Shown piece by piece: positions 30,301-39,664 of a stretch of DNA of 64,000 nt. The translations under genes and the position numbers were made by a program. Positions within the stretch are counted from its first letter, which is position 1. Each line of letters starts with the position of its first letter. Source of the stretch: a virus; IMG/VR virus record IMGVR_UViG_3300012954_000009, positions 38,474 through 102,473 of that record, one strand, 5' to 3'. The notes beneath the pieces were generated by a model, which saw only the letters and a list, made by a program, of their open reading frames with translations, was not told the origin of the DNA and searched no databases.

Positions 30301-32010
30301 TATAACGGCATCAACAAAATCTCTACCTGATGCAAACAAGAGAGGTTTCCACCATTCATCACCCGCTTGCACTATCTTCTGTATCATAGGATTTTCAGAT
30401 AACCCTTCTACTGCTTGAGTAAGGTCTTGCCCATCTAAACCATCAAGATAATCTGTAACTGCTGTAATAGTTCTTGGATCAATGTCTTTTTTAGCAAACC
30501 CTAACTCCTTCGCAAGAAGTTTTCTAATACCTTCTCTCTTAGTTACTTTATTTCCTTTGTAATCTTGTTCTGGGTCATAGTAGTCACTAAAAGTATTTAG
30601 AATATTATCCATAACTTGATTTGGATCAGTTATCCCTGCTGTTGTATTTGCTGGATTATCTGGATCTAGACCTAACCCTAAACAAACACCTGTAGCACAG
30701 TTAGACTCTATAAAGTCATATCTTCTTTGATCATCCCCAGCTGAAATAGGAAGTTCATTTCTTCCTAAACCTAAGTTTCTGTGAACATCACTTTTCCTGC
30801 TAGGTCTAAACTCTTGTGCTTGAACTAAAAAATCTTTGAGTTCTTCATCTGGTAATCTTAAATCCACAATTTGTACATCCTCATCATCTTCATAATCTCT
30901 TTCTTTTACAGGTTTATTTCCTTGTGTTGCCCATCTATTTATATATCCTTTATATTCAGTACCGGGTAATTTATTTACCAACTCTCCTGTTTCTTTATTA
31001 AACAACACTGCTTCAATATGACCAGGAGTATTCTTTCTGTGTCCTACTGGGTAAGCAATAACTCTAAGACCATAATCAGAAGTATCAAGTTCTTGAATAT
31101 TCTGCTGAATTTTTTTCTTTCTACTTTTGAATACTTCTGTTAAACCTGATTGGATATTGTTAAGTATACCGCTTGACTCATCAGATACATTTTCACCATA
31201 TATTTTTTCTCTGATTGCTGTCTCTGCATTGCCAGATGCCAGTGTCCAATCTGGTTGTTGTTCTGAGTCCCATTCTCCTTCTCTTTTTCTTGTATAAAAT
31301 TTATCTCCTTCTCTTTTATATTCATATGAGTCTCCATTTGGTCTAATTATTTCTTGACCGTCTTGAGCTTTAGATAATGTACCACCTTTTCCAAACCTAT
31401 GTGTAAATGAAATAACAGGATCCATTTTTTTATTAGAGTTACCTTTAAGTGGTATATTAAAGTCAAGACCTATATTAGTGTTTCTTGACAAAGGTTGATT
31501 TATACCTACATCAATATTACCTTGATTTTGAGATTTTACATCAAAGGGTAAAACATCATCAAAGTATTGTAATGGTAACACACCCCTCACGTCTACTTTA
31601 GTTTGTGTAGGTAGTACAGTGCTAAATCTTGGGTTAATGTTTCTAAAATCTGTTGAAACACCAAGCTGTATATTTTTTTTATCTTTTAGTGGGTTGCTTA
31701 ATGCTAATGTGTCTCTTAAAGGTATTTCAAATACTCTACTGCCAGGAAATTTGTAATCATCATCATTAGGGTTCATAATTCTACTGTTGCCTAAATTATC
31801 CATTCCAAGTATAGAAAAAGGGACGTTATCCATAGTTATTGGTGTGCCATCTTTATCTCCTCTTATAACGTTAAATGGATTCTCAAAGTCAGGACTATCT
31901 AGTTTATAACCTTCAGTAGAAAATACCCCGGTTACATATGTAAACATCTCATTGGGTCCACCTGGTAAACCTCTTCTTTCTGTCTTGGTATGTTTTTTCT
32001 TATGTGCCAT
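27319..32010 (-). CDS. Multi-enzyme virion protein: permuted papain-like (PPPDE-type) peptidase, YkuD-like L,D-transpeptidase, lysozyme-like domain and SLT lytic transglycosylase
   Basis: 1563 aa. GHIEAVL...YDFIESNCA; LIVDENAGRMHLY...HTVP...TNGCIN; GILGNETNFG...SVGLTQ; QAYAESTF...AKGLTQI...LAAYNWG...ETRTYV (classic SLT). Confidence 0.8.
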   Translation of the reverse strand: MAHKKKHTKTERRGLPGGPNEMFTYVTGVFSTEGYKLDSPDFENPFNVIRGDKDGTPITMDNVPFSILGMDNLGNSRIMNPNDDDYKFPGSRVFEIPLRDTLALSNPLKDKKNIQLGVSTDFRNINPRFSTVLPTQTKVDVRGVLPLQYFDDVLPFDVKSQNQGNIDVGINQPLSRNTNIGLDFNIPLKGNSNKKMDPVISFTHRFGKGGTLSKAQDGQEIIRPNGDSYEYKREGDKFYTRKREGEWDSEQQPDWTLASGNAETAIREKIYGENVSDESSGILNNIQSGLTEVFKSRKKKIQQNIQELDTSDYGLRVIAYPVGHRKNTPGHIEAVLFNKETGELVNKLPGTEYKGYINRWATQGNKPVKERDYEDDEDVQIVDLRLPDEELKDFLVQAQEFRPSRKSDVHRNLGLGRNELPISAGDDQRRYDFIESNCATGVCLGLGLDPDNPANTTAGITDPNQVMDNILNTFSDYYDPEQDYKGNKVTKREGIRKLLAKELGFAKKDIDPRTITAVTDYLDGLDGQDLTQAVEGLSENPMIQKIVQAGDEWWKPLLFASGRDFVDAVIKLPDGTIPSAAEASWEQYVNKPIRENTPFDISSQGVDNIIPWWQKNVINPAGDALEDAGKSISDFFGFEKGGTVSWQWKGKNYSGPKIGEDENNIYARTHNGKVKTISKKQQGGSVSEIWQDVTGTPWSQAKAEGLTDGSYAGNIELRNKLLSTPSQFKRKPSNTLPPANTNSNAANATLSAEEINDKINKAKDFNSAFGIARDYYGANKIFEYNGKQFGTNLAGETFEPSEEDMVSAGLKPQQREKIYKQNRSVVSPYTDDNIVEFDEFEDFENIKKNNANLNRMDQADLIVSYQLANAEKPYLIVDENAGRMHLYYPGEEQPKESYPILSGSNAGDAQTVTKADYFYNGEQLDQASLNKAMAETGASSVDALMEMPGYSAETNWNAGNKSTGAGKFTIGTVNEDSGFYDDSGQNRKTPSFVLKNEDGNEVSTVIHTVPSSKSANRINALTAEDPFNMRMTNGCINGTCSDLIDMHNIHDIGEGSEIFILPEDDGNKFVFQNGQLNFKTSSRNRADAESYIDLEGNEQRGQGINKTRNTLNYRPIQIDIDKESFANDKFTYFDFNDEEEYNNVVVPFAKSLQDNKQQIMKVMQVDGDAYNDIAKVAFGILGNETNFGDTHSAVGNLGRAANKYFDRSGSSSPDYMSKYDTYGADENQNSVGLTQFRWKWVEKDSEQGGDLKQRLKTLGITSNKDFLDAEKAALGTAAILSYYYNNRKVDDIMQDLPRQWAGVTSKDPNRDVYTRGVAKNSKYFTIKEKTTFQEGGGVGSDILLKQAYAESTFRPKVTSSANAKGLTQIRPNVLGDYIKANDIEGDVDLTNVSNAVDVQKWYMNDLYNASFIDKENQSDEVRIAKTLAAYNWGRGNLVDFLNEKKADFDIYNSLDWVDKLPKETRTYVNKILGNNDEFNKDYDAAINNEKYTYIINEYKSIGGEISDLKIYRDYVNGKYDNKSNLKKAEAIYDKLNRVYYNKAGQVGMSAPNYIMSYLDEGSM

Positions 32011-35000
32011 TATCTAAAAGATAAATTAAGTTTTGTATTATTTAACTTGAGTAACATTTTTCTATCATTAGACATTCTTCTTCTGAGTAAGAACTTATTA
32101 TAGTAGTGTCTAAACTTCTTATGTTGTAAAGGATCTTTATTATAGTTTAAGTTAGTAGCATTAAGATCTCTAATGTATCCGTTTTCTTGTGTAAAGAATA
32201 TTTGTTGCTCTGCATTTGTAAACTCTCCTCTGTCATTTGTAATATCCCAGAACTGATTGATCCTATACTTCTGCTCTATCTTAGATGCCACAACATCAAT
32301 ATCATTTAGATTAATTTGTGGAAAGTTAAGACGTGCAAGAGGATCATTCTTAGGCTCTTGATTAATTCTAAGAAGTCCAGAAACTTGTTCTGTATTATGT
32401 ACTATTAGCTCATCAAAGTTAAAATCTAAATCATGCCATCTGTCATCTCCACAACCATTAAACATATCTCCTTTGTATACATATGACTCTAATTGATATT
32501 CTAAATTTCTTACTGTATTTACTATCTGTCCGCTATTCTCAACAAACTCAACTTCCCATGGATAATCTTCTCCATAGTAATTTGCAAATAAATCACATCT
32601 ATAATTATGTCTCCACAGAGAACCTCTTTCATAACTTGCTTGAGTAAACTGTTGAAAGAAAAATGTGCATATTAACGGGTTTGGATTTGTGTAACTTGAA
32701 CTACCAACTAAATATATATCATCACACTGACCAGCTTCGGTAGTTGTTGCACCTACAAATGGAGGAGGTGGACATTCACATTCTATCTTTCTACATATAG
32801 GTGGATTATCAGGATCACATTCACCAGTAGCTTCTGTGTATCCGTTAGCACCTGGAAATACCATTGTATAACCAGGAGGACAATCACATTCTGGAGGTGT
32901 TCCACATACCAGACCAGCAATAATAGAAGATGCAGTAGCAATATCATTTGGTACATTAGCATCTATTCCAAACTGAGTTTGATCTCCAGCAAAACCATTT
33001 GTTGATGTTGATGTTGGACCAGCGGTACAAGTTATATTATTCATTATAGCTTGGTTAGGAGCATTCTGATTTAGTCCAGCAAATAATGAAATTACAAATT
33101 CAAAAGCTGCGCCTGAACCTCCCAATGTAGGAGATTGGAATGGGCATCCTACATTAGCTGGTGCTGCTGCAGTACTATCAGTTATAAATAAAAGAATAGA
33201 TCTATAAGCAGGATTTGCACTTCTATCTCCTAATTCTGAAGTAGCTCTCTGCTGTCTAACTCCATCACCGCCAACCATACCGGCTTGTATCATGGTACCA
33301 CCACCACCGCCTCCCCAGTTAGCATTATACCAAGCTGTCACAGCAGGCTCACCAATTGTATTACTCATGGAAAATCCATTCGGGTTCATTGATAATGATA
33401 TAGGATTATTTGCAGGAGGGTTAAGCATACCAGACCATCTAGTAAATCCTACTTGTATATTTCCATTCTGCATTCCATTAAAAACAACAGGATCATTTAA
33501 GAACCCAGTTAAAAATGCTTGTTGAGCAGTTCTACGTGCACCATTTGTACTACCAGAAACATCCATTGCAACAACTATATCTAATAAACATTGTTCTAAA
33601 CCTCCTGTTATAGTTACTCCAACTTCCTCAACATTAACTGGTGCAGGAGCAGTCTCTTGTAGTGTTATTTCACACTGCCCGGTTACAGCATTAAATGTAT
33701 ATCCAGGTGGGCAATAAGGTTCATCTGATTCAATTGTCTTAGTAGTTAAAAAGTGATTTATACTTGGTAGGCAAAGTTCTGGGTGCCAGTCATGAAATGA
33801 TATCCACGCTTTTGCTTTTGGATCATAACTTACTGTCCATGAAGCATCTTCAAAATATAATGGGTCTCCAAGATCAATTGGTACATATTTATCAGTAGGT
33901 ACTGGAACTAATATAGGATCTGTTATAGGTTCTAATATAGGATCTAATACAGGATTCGTAGGACCAGTAGGATTAGTTATTGTTTTATTTGGAGTTACAG
34001 GACCAGGAGTATATGATGTACTTCCTAAACCTACAGTTTTACTTAACTGGGCTTGTGTTTGTGCAAACTGTATATTACTTCCTACATCAGTTCTTGATGG
34101 TTTTACTGGATCAGCGGTACCAATAGGACCAGTGCCTACAGGACCGGTGCCTACAGGACCTCCATCAGTTACTAAATAAAACTGGCAATCATCTTTATCA
34201 AATACAATGTTCCATTTTTCTTTTGCTTTATAATCTTTTTTACAGAAATAAACAACATCATCATTTATATCATATATCACCTGACAACCTACTCCTATAA
34301 CAGGATTATCTGCTAAAGGTGTTTCTTCTAACTCAGGGAATTGTCTTATTAATTGTGAAGGTAAATATTTATTAAACCACCACTTCATACCTTGATTGGC
34401 AATATTTTCTAATTTACCTGTATAATGGAAAACTTTACCTTGTGCTTGTGATAAAAAGAATAATCCCATTGGTGTGTTCATGACAGCTCTGTGACTTTCA
34501 CATGAACCATATTCATTTGATAAGTCTGAGTTTGCAACATTCTGAAATGGTTGACTAAATAACCCGCCATCACCTAGAGTCAATTTTGTACCTAAGTCTG
34601 TTTTCAAAGTATCAAGACCTTGGAACATCTGTGGTGATTGATATGGGAAAAATATTATAGCTCCACTCTTGTTAATAGGTTTTATTACATTAACAGGATT
34701 TTTAAAGTCTTTATAGTTGTTAGGTAAGAATACTCTCCAAAAATCTTTCTTAGATTCTTTCTGTGCTTGTAAAGAATATATTAATCTTTTAGGATAATAA
34801 CTAAAACATTTTTCAGCAACATAAGGATCATAATCTCTTGTTTGTACTTCACCAAAGTTAGATATCTGTGTCAAAAATTTTGAGACACTTAATGACATAT
34901 CATACTTATAAAAGTTATCTTCTTTTACAATATCTGCATGAAATAAATCATCTGTATTAGAGTATGTATAGGTATCATAATGGCGTTTAGCTTGAGTATC

Positions 35001-38000
35001 TTCCCAATCCCTTTGAGCCATATTATATTCAGACTCTACAAAAAAGTCCTGTACACCATTACAATGTGTGTACATATATCCTATTCTCATATTGAATATA
35101 GGATTGAACGAATTACCTGAATTAAATATTTGACCAAAACTAAATCCACATTCACCAGTTGGTCTATCTAAATAAAATAGGTCATTAGGTAGAGCATTAC
35201 CTCCACTACCAATACCAAAATTAATTATTGTACCAGCAAGTTCTTGAGTATCAAATAGACGTGTGTTCATCCAATATCTTGGATATGGTATATTTATTCT
35301 TTGCAAATAGTTATATGTATACTGATCAGGTTGCCCATTCAAAAAGTCTGTAAAGATTGGCATTATTGTTTTCTCAGTATATCTATTTACATAAACATCT
35401 CCGGCAAATATTTGATTACTTTCAAATGTTTCTGTAGGAATTTGTGGTTTTACAAACTTAACACAATCCCTCATTTGTATTTGTTTTATAGAATCTATTT
35501 GACCATATTGATTTTCAAACTGAAATTTTAAACCTCCATATAAACATGAAATAGGAGACTTTTGCATTCTTTCTGGTCTATCCATAAAAGCATTACCCTG
35601 ACTAACACCAACACCAAATGCTCCACCTCCTGTTCTACCACCTCCTACAACAAATCTTGATCTGTCTTGTGTTTGTGGATTATCAAATTCTTTGTCTGTA
35701 TTTACTGCAACAGTAGAAGGTCTAAATAGATTATTGATTTTATAACTTTGAATAGCTGCATCACCAAAAGTTTGAAATGAACTACCAACATAATTTGAAT
35801 CTAAGTTTTTACATCTAAATAATGTATCAATAGATTTACCTCTAAAGTTATCATAAAAACCATGTGAATTATATTTAAAAGCAAAATCATCTTCTTTTAC
35901 AAGGTTATATATTAAATCAACTATTTGCTGTGAACCAACTGCTATATTCATTCTAGAAATACTACGCCCCATAATTGTTCTAAATAGATTTGGCATATTA
36001 GATGTAGCATTATCATACATAACAACATTATCAGTTCTACCACCAATAACACCTGGTTGTGCACCCATTACATACTGAACACCTGCTTCACCTGCATTTA
36101 ATACAGTACTCAATGTTCCACCAGTTGTTAGATCTGCAATATCTACAGCATCATCTATAAGTATATCTACTAATGTATCAACTAAAACAGTTACACCCCC
36201 ATTAATACCTAAACCAGTTACAGCTCCCCAATATTCTGGGTTTGGATAAGCTTGCCCACCACCTACAGCAGTTGCAATAGTAAAGTATGGGGCAGTACCA
36301 GGCATCAATGCACTAAGCTGTGGTCCTATGGTGTTAATACTTCTTGTACCTTGCATTTGCTGTATTGCATAACCAACACCAATTAATCCAGCTACAATTG
36401 AAGCACTGTTTCTTAATAGTTTATTCTGAGGATGATTCTCTGATTTTATAAAATGACCAATAGAATTACCATGAAGTTCTCCATATATCCTAGTCTCATA
36501 AGCATTTAAAAATGGTCTTTTAAAAGTTAACTCTGGGGAGTGAAATGTAAAAACATCTTTTTTATAAGTAGTAAGAGGTGCGTAGCCACTTATACTATCG
36601 TCATATTCATCACAACCATCTGTTTTAGGATTATTTTGATTACCCGCATTCCAGTGATACATGTCTCCTCTCAAATCATTATAAGGAAAGTTTGGATATA
36701 AACCTTCATTTGATCCTTCTCCCACTCCACCACTAGGTATCTGATACCCACGCATATTTCTAAATATACCTTTTGCAAGTATTGATTTATTTCCTTCTCT
36801 AGAGCCTCTTAATATTTCATAACCAACTATATTTTCAATTATAGTTCCATCATTATATAAAGGAGGTTTAATATTTTCAAATTGAACACCAAGTATTCTT
36901 ACAGTTCCTGATCCATCAGATATTTCTACATTAGAAGAAGTTTCTTCACTGGGCATCTTATGATGTCTTATAGGTTTACCACAGAGATCATAATCTGTAT
37001 TATTTGTATTACCTATGTTTATATTAGTTTCTGGATCTGTGTATGTTGCATTCCATATTTCTGGTTGAAGCGGTGGATATATTTCTGTAGACTCCCAGTA
37101 TCCCATTTCTCCTTCAGCTATGATTACACCGCCATCATCTAATTGATCACTTAATGTTCCTGTTTCTGCTCCTGTATTATATACTTGCCAATTAAATTCT
37201 GGTGCACCTGGATCTAAGGTATTCTGACTGTTATTAACAGTTAATTCTGATTGTCCTGTTTGCCATATACCATTTGCCATAAACCCACTTGTCTTTGGAG
37301 CTCTTCCTGGTATATGGTAAGACTTAGATCTTTCTCCTGTATTGTATATCCATCTTATAAAAAAAGCATATTGCTCGTCTCTCATAAACCCTGTCTTATT
37401 TCCACCTTTATAGTAATAAGAAGCAGGGTATTCAGCTATAACCCATTTAGCTAATATCTGATTTGCAATAGGTTGATAATTAAAATCAAACTGTTCTGTT
37501 GGACCTTTTCTTATAAGCCAGTCATTTACTACAAACATAGAATCTGACTTTTCATAAGCGGGAGATCTAAATGGTAATTGTTCTAATGCAACAGAAGGTA
37601 ATGATTGATCTATATAATCTAAACCTATGGTGCTTATTTCTGTACTATATAGACCTATCCTTTTAGCTACATAGCTATTTTGATTATTACTTAAAATAAC
37701 TAGTTCAAAAAACTCAAACTCTTTATCTAAATTACTAACCTTAATATCAAGAGCTCCTGCTGTACCATCATGATCAAACAAACTTTGTATATTAGAAATA
37801 CCAATATAATCTGTTACTTTCTGTTCATTTAAGGTATATGCAATAAACGCCTGATATGTTCCATTTCTTAATTGACCTCCATCTGGAGCTTTTGTAATTT
37901 TTATGCAAGGTGTATCTAATAAAGGAGCAATTCTTAATTTTTCACAATCCAAAAGAGGAGTGTCTTCCATTATAATACATGGGTCACCCAGTGCACTTGT

Positions 38001-38480
38001 TTGCTCTTGTATATAAGGTACTCTATCTAAATTTAAAGTTCTACTTGGATTAAAAGAATCATCAAAATATATTTGCCATGTACAATCAAAATTTTCTTTT
38101 GCTGCACCAGTAATCAAATATTTTCTATTGAAATTTAAACACTGATCATTAACTATAGTTTGATATGTGCATTCACTGTCATCAAATATACCAATCTCAG
38201 AATCTAAATCATTAGTTGAAAGAATAGCCCATTTGTCTGCATATAAATGGATAGTACCTATTACTGTATATGGTATCAACCCACATTCTAAATTTGCTGG
38301 CTCATTACCTAACATGCCAACATCACCATCTACGGAATTATTTGCTGCGTTTCTAGCATGAGTCCAATTTTGTTTAGGTTCATAAGAAGGATTAAAATCC
38401 TTATTCATTCCCTTTACAAAAGTATTAGTCTCTATTGAAGACGTATTAGGAGATTTAGGTTGTCTTTGTTTCTTTGCCAT
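32010..38480 (-). CDS. Tail stabilisation / muzzle protein (crAss-like, P22 gp10-type) with inserted vWA domain
   Basis: 2156 aa. N-terminal FVKGMNKD...NAANNS start typical of this family, directly after a ring gene and before the cargo genes. MIDAS motif DIVVAMDVSGS (~33549-33580). Confidence 0.75.
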   Translation of the reverse strand: MAKKQRQPKSPNTSSIETNTFVKGMNKDFNPSYEPKQNWTHARNAANNSVDGDVGMLGNEPANLECGLIPYTVIGTIHLYADKWAILSTNDLDSEIGIFDDSECTYQTIVNDQCLNFNRKYLITGAAKENFDCTWQIYFDDSFNPSRTLNLDRVPYIQEQTSALGDPCIIMEDTPLLDCEKLRIAPLLDTPCIKITKAPDGGQLRNGTYQAFIAYTLNEQKVTDYIGISNIQSLFDHDGTAGALDIKVSNLDKEFEFFELVILSNNQNSYVAKRIGLYSTEISTIGLDYIDQSLPSVALEQLPFRSPAYEKSDSMFVVNDWLIRKGPTEQFDFNYQPIANQILAKWVIAEYPASYYYKGGNKTGFMRDEQYAFFIRWIYNTGERSKSYHIPGRAPKTSGFMANGIWQTGQSELTVNNSQNTLDPGAPEFNWQVYNTGAETGTLSDQLDDGGVIIAEGEMGYWESTEIYPPLQPEIWNATYTDPETNINIGNTNNTDYDLCGKPIRHHKMPSEETSSNVEISDGSGTVRILGVQFENIKPPLYNDGTIIENIVGYEILRGSREGNKSILAKGIFRNMRGYQIPSGGVGEGSNEGLYPNFPYNDLRGDMYHWNAGNQNNPKTDGCDEYDDSISGYAPLTTYKKDVFTFHSPELTFKRPFLNAYETRIYGELHGNSIGHFIKSENHPQNKLLRNSASIVAGLIGVGYAIQQMQGTRSINTIGPQLSALMPGTAPYFTIATAVGGGQAYPNPEYWGAVTGLGINGGVTVLVDTLVDILIDDAVDIADLTTGGTLSTVLNAGEAGVQYVMGAQPGVIGGRTDNVVMYDNATSNMPNLFRTIMGRSISRMNIAVGSQQIVDLIYNLVKEDDFAFKYNSHGFYDNFRGKSIDTLFRCKNLDSNYVGSSFQTFGDAAIQSYKINNLFRPSTVAVNTDKEFDNPQTQDRSRFVVGGGRTGGGAFGVGVSQGNAFMDRPERMQKSPISCLYGGLKFQFENQYGQIDSIKQIQMRDCVKFVKPQIPTETFESNQIFAGDVYVNRYTEKTIMPIFTDFLNGQPDQYTYNYLQRINIPYPRYWMNTRLFDTQELAGTIINFGIGSGGNALPNDLFYLDRPTGECGFSFGQIFNSGNSFNPIFNMRIGYMYTHCNGVQDFFVESEYNMAQRDWEDTQAKRHYDTYTYSNTDDLFHADIVKEDNFYKYDMSLSVSKFLTQISNFGEVQTRDYDPYVAEKCFSYYPKRLIYSLQAQKESKKDFWRVFLPNNYKDFKNPVNVIKPINKSGAIIFFPYQSPQMFQGLDTLKTDLGTKLTLGDGGLFSQPFQNVANSDLSNEYGSCESHRAVMNTPMGLFFLSQAQGKVFHYTGKLENIANQGMKWWFNKYLPSQLIRQFPELEETPLADNPVIGVGCQVIYDINDDVVYFCKKDYKAKEKWNIVFDKDDCQFYLVTDGGPVGTGPVGTGPIGTADPVKPSRTDVGSNIQFAQTQAQLSKTVGLGSTSYTPGPVTPNKTITNPTGPTNPVLDPILEPITDPILVPVPTDKYVPIDLGDPLYFEDASWTVSYDPKAKAWISFHDWHPELCLPSINHFLTTKTIESDEPYCPPGYTFNAVTGQCEITLQETAPAPVNVEEVGVTITGGLEQCLLDIVVAMDVSGSTNGARRTAQQAFLTGFLNDPVVFNGMQNGNIQVGFTRWSGMLNPPANNPISLSMNPNGFSMSNTIGEPAVTAWYNANWGGGGGGTMIQAGMVGGDGVRQQRATSELGDRSANPAYRSILLFITDSTAAAPANVGCPFQSPTLGGSGAAFEFVISLFAGLNQNAPNQAIMNNITCTAGPTSTSTNGFAGDQTQFGIDANVPNDIATASSIIAGLVCGTPPECDCPPGYTMVFPGANGYTEATGECDPDNPPICRKIECECPPPPFVGATTTEAGQCDDIYLVGSSSYTNPNPLICTFFFQQFTQASYERGSLWRHNYRCDLFANYYGEDYPWEVEFVENSGQIVNTVRNLEYQLESYVYKGDMFNGCGDDRWHDLDFNFDELIVHNTEQVSGLLRINQEPKNDPLARLNFPQINLNDIDVVASKIEQKYRINQFWDITNDRGEFTNAEQQIFFTQENGYIRDLNATNLNYNKDPLQHKKFRHYYNKFLLRRRMSNDRKMLLKLNNTKLNLSFR
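33890..34165 (-). repeat. Low-complexity Pro-rich insertion within the muzzle gene (GPVGT x3, DPIL/EPIT repeats)
   Basis: Protein GPVGTGPVGTGPIGT...PVLDPILEPITDPIL. DNA direct repeat gtgcctacaggacc twice at 15-nt spacing (~34132-34160). Confidence 0.7.
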
Positions 38481-38494
38481 GGTTCATTATAATA

Positions 38495-39373
38495 TTATCC
38501 AACAGTAGGATGACTTTTAAACATGTTGTAATAATTATGATATTGAGCCCTTCTATTAAGCCACCACATTTTTTGCATCTCCTTAAAGTTTGGAGTATTA
38601 ACAAAACCAAGAGCATTATTTCTTGCAGCTCTTAAACGCCCTTCTATTAAACCTAATTGATTAGAAACGTTTTCTCCTGCAAAAATCATATTCTCTAGTA
38701 TTCTTTGCTTTAGTGCATATTCATAATATTCATTACAATATGGATGATCTAAAACTAAAAGCCTTCCTTGACTATCTTCCATAGCACCTTGAAAGCTCAT
38801 ATAAACTTTACCAGTTGTAAAATTAGTTATAAGATATCCATCTTTTATTTCAGCTATATAAGCTGCTTGCTCTCCTACATTTGCACAATCACATGTTGCA
38901 TCATTAACATTCTCAATACATAAAGGATAGAATGCTGTGTAGTGTCTAAATTGTCCACCCCCTATTCTTTGTACTAACTGGTAATCTTTATCACATGACT
39001 TAATAACACAAACATCTCTACACTCTGGATCTTCGCATGGACCTGATTCTCCAGGTGCAGGTACATATGGAACTGGATTATCAGTTTCTACATGTGTACC
39101 AGATGGCATTTTAGTTTCAATACTGTATTCACCACACATAAATGCATAATTTAAATATGCAAAATCATGTGGTAGTTTTGCCTTACCATGCTCTACATCT
39201 AAGACTACTTCTTTTGTTCTATGAATCCTAAGTCCAAGATCATAGTTAACTCTCGTTGCTACTTTAATAAGCTGCTGAGGTTCTATCATACCTTCTAAGG
39301 CATATGTAGAAAAGTCAACAGTTACGTCTTCTAACAACTGATCAAATGTTCTGTATTTTTGTGACACGCTCAT
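38495..39373 (-). CDS. Tail tubular / ring (head-tail adaptor) protein
   Basis: 292 aa, immediately upstream of the muzzle gene. Helical ends around a beta core (GYLITNFTTGKVYMSF). Assigned by crAss-like synteny. Confidence 0.65.
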   Translation of the reverse strand: MSVSQKYRTFDQLLEDVTVDFSTYALEGMIEPQQLIKVATRVNYDLGLRIHRTKEVVLDVEHGKAKLPHDFAYLNYAFMCGEYSIETKMPSGTHVETDNPVPYVPAPGESGPCEDPECRDVCVIKSCDKDYQLVQRIGGGQFRHYTAFYPLCIENVNDATCDCANVGEQAAYIAEIKDGYLITNFTTGKVYMSFQGAMEDSQGRLLVLDHPYCNEYYEYALKQRILENMIFAGENVSNQLGLIEGRLRAARNNALGFVNTPNFKEMQKMWWLNRRAQYHNYYNMFKSHPTVG

Positions 39374-39376
39374 AGT

Positions 39377-39664
39377 TTACCATTTTACTTTATGTGACCA
39401 ATATCTTGCAGAAAGTTTTGATGGTTTAGAATCTTGTGCATTATGTCTAGCATAATATGATTTCTTTCTTGCTTTGTCTTTTTTACTTTTAGGATTCTTA
39501 CCAGCTCCTCTAACACCTTGCTGTCCAAATCTTATTAATTTTGTTTTATCTCCCACTTTAGCAACAACAACATGAGACTTGGTCTTATGTCCTGGTGTAC
39601 GTTTTGGTTTATTATAACCTGATACTCCAGCTCTTACTAATTTAGGATCTCTTTTCTTGGCCAT
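39377..39664 (-). CDS. Small Lys/Arg-rich basic protein
   Basis: 95 aa. KLIRFGQQG...KKSYYARH...SARYWSHKVKW. TAATG-coupled to the upstream gene. Confidence 0.75.
   Translation of the reverse strand: MAKKRDPKLVRAGVSGYNKPKRTPGHKTKSHVVVAKVGDKTKLIRFGQQGVRGAGKNPKSKKDKARKKSYYARHNAQDSKPSKLSARYWSHKVKW

Noticed and set aside
10515-31337. Short alternative-frame minus-strand ORFs (10515-10748, 22294-22494, 31140-31337)
   Set aside because: Fully nested in larger genes, with no motif or initiation context; no evidence of overprinting.
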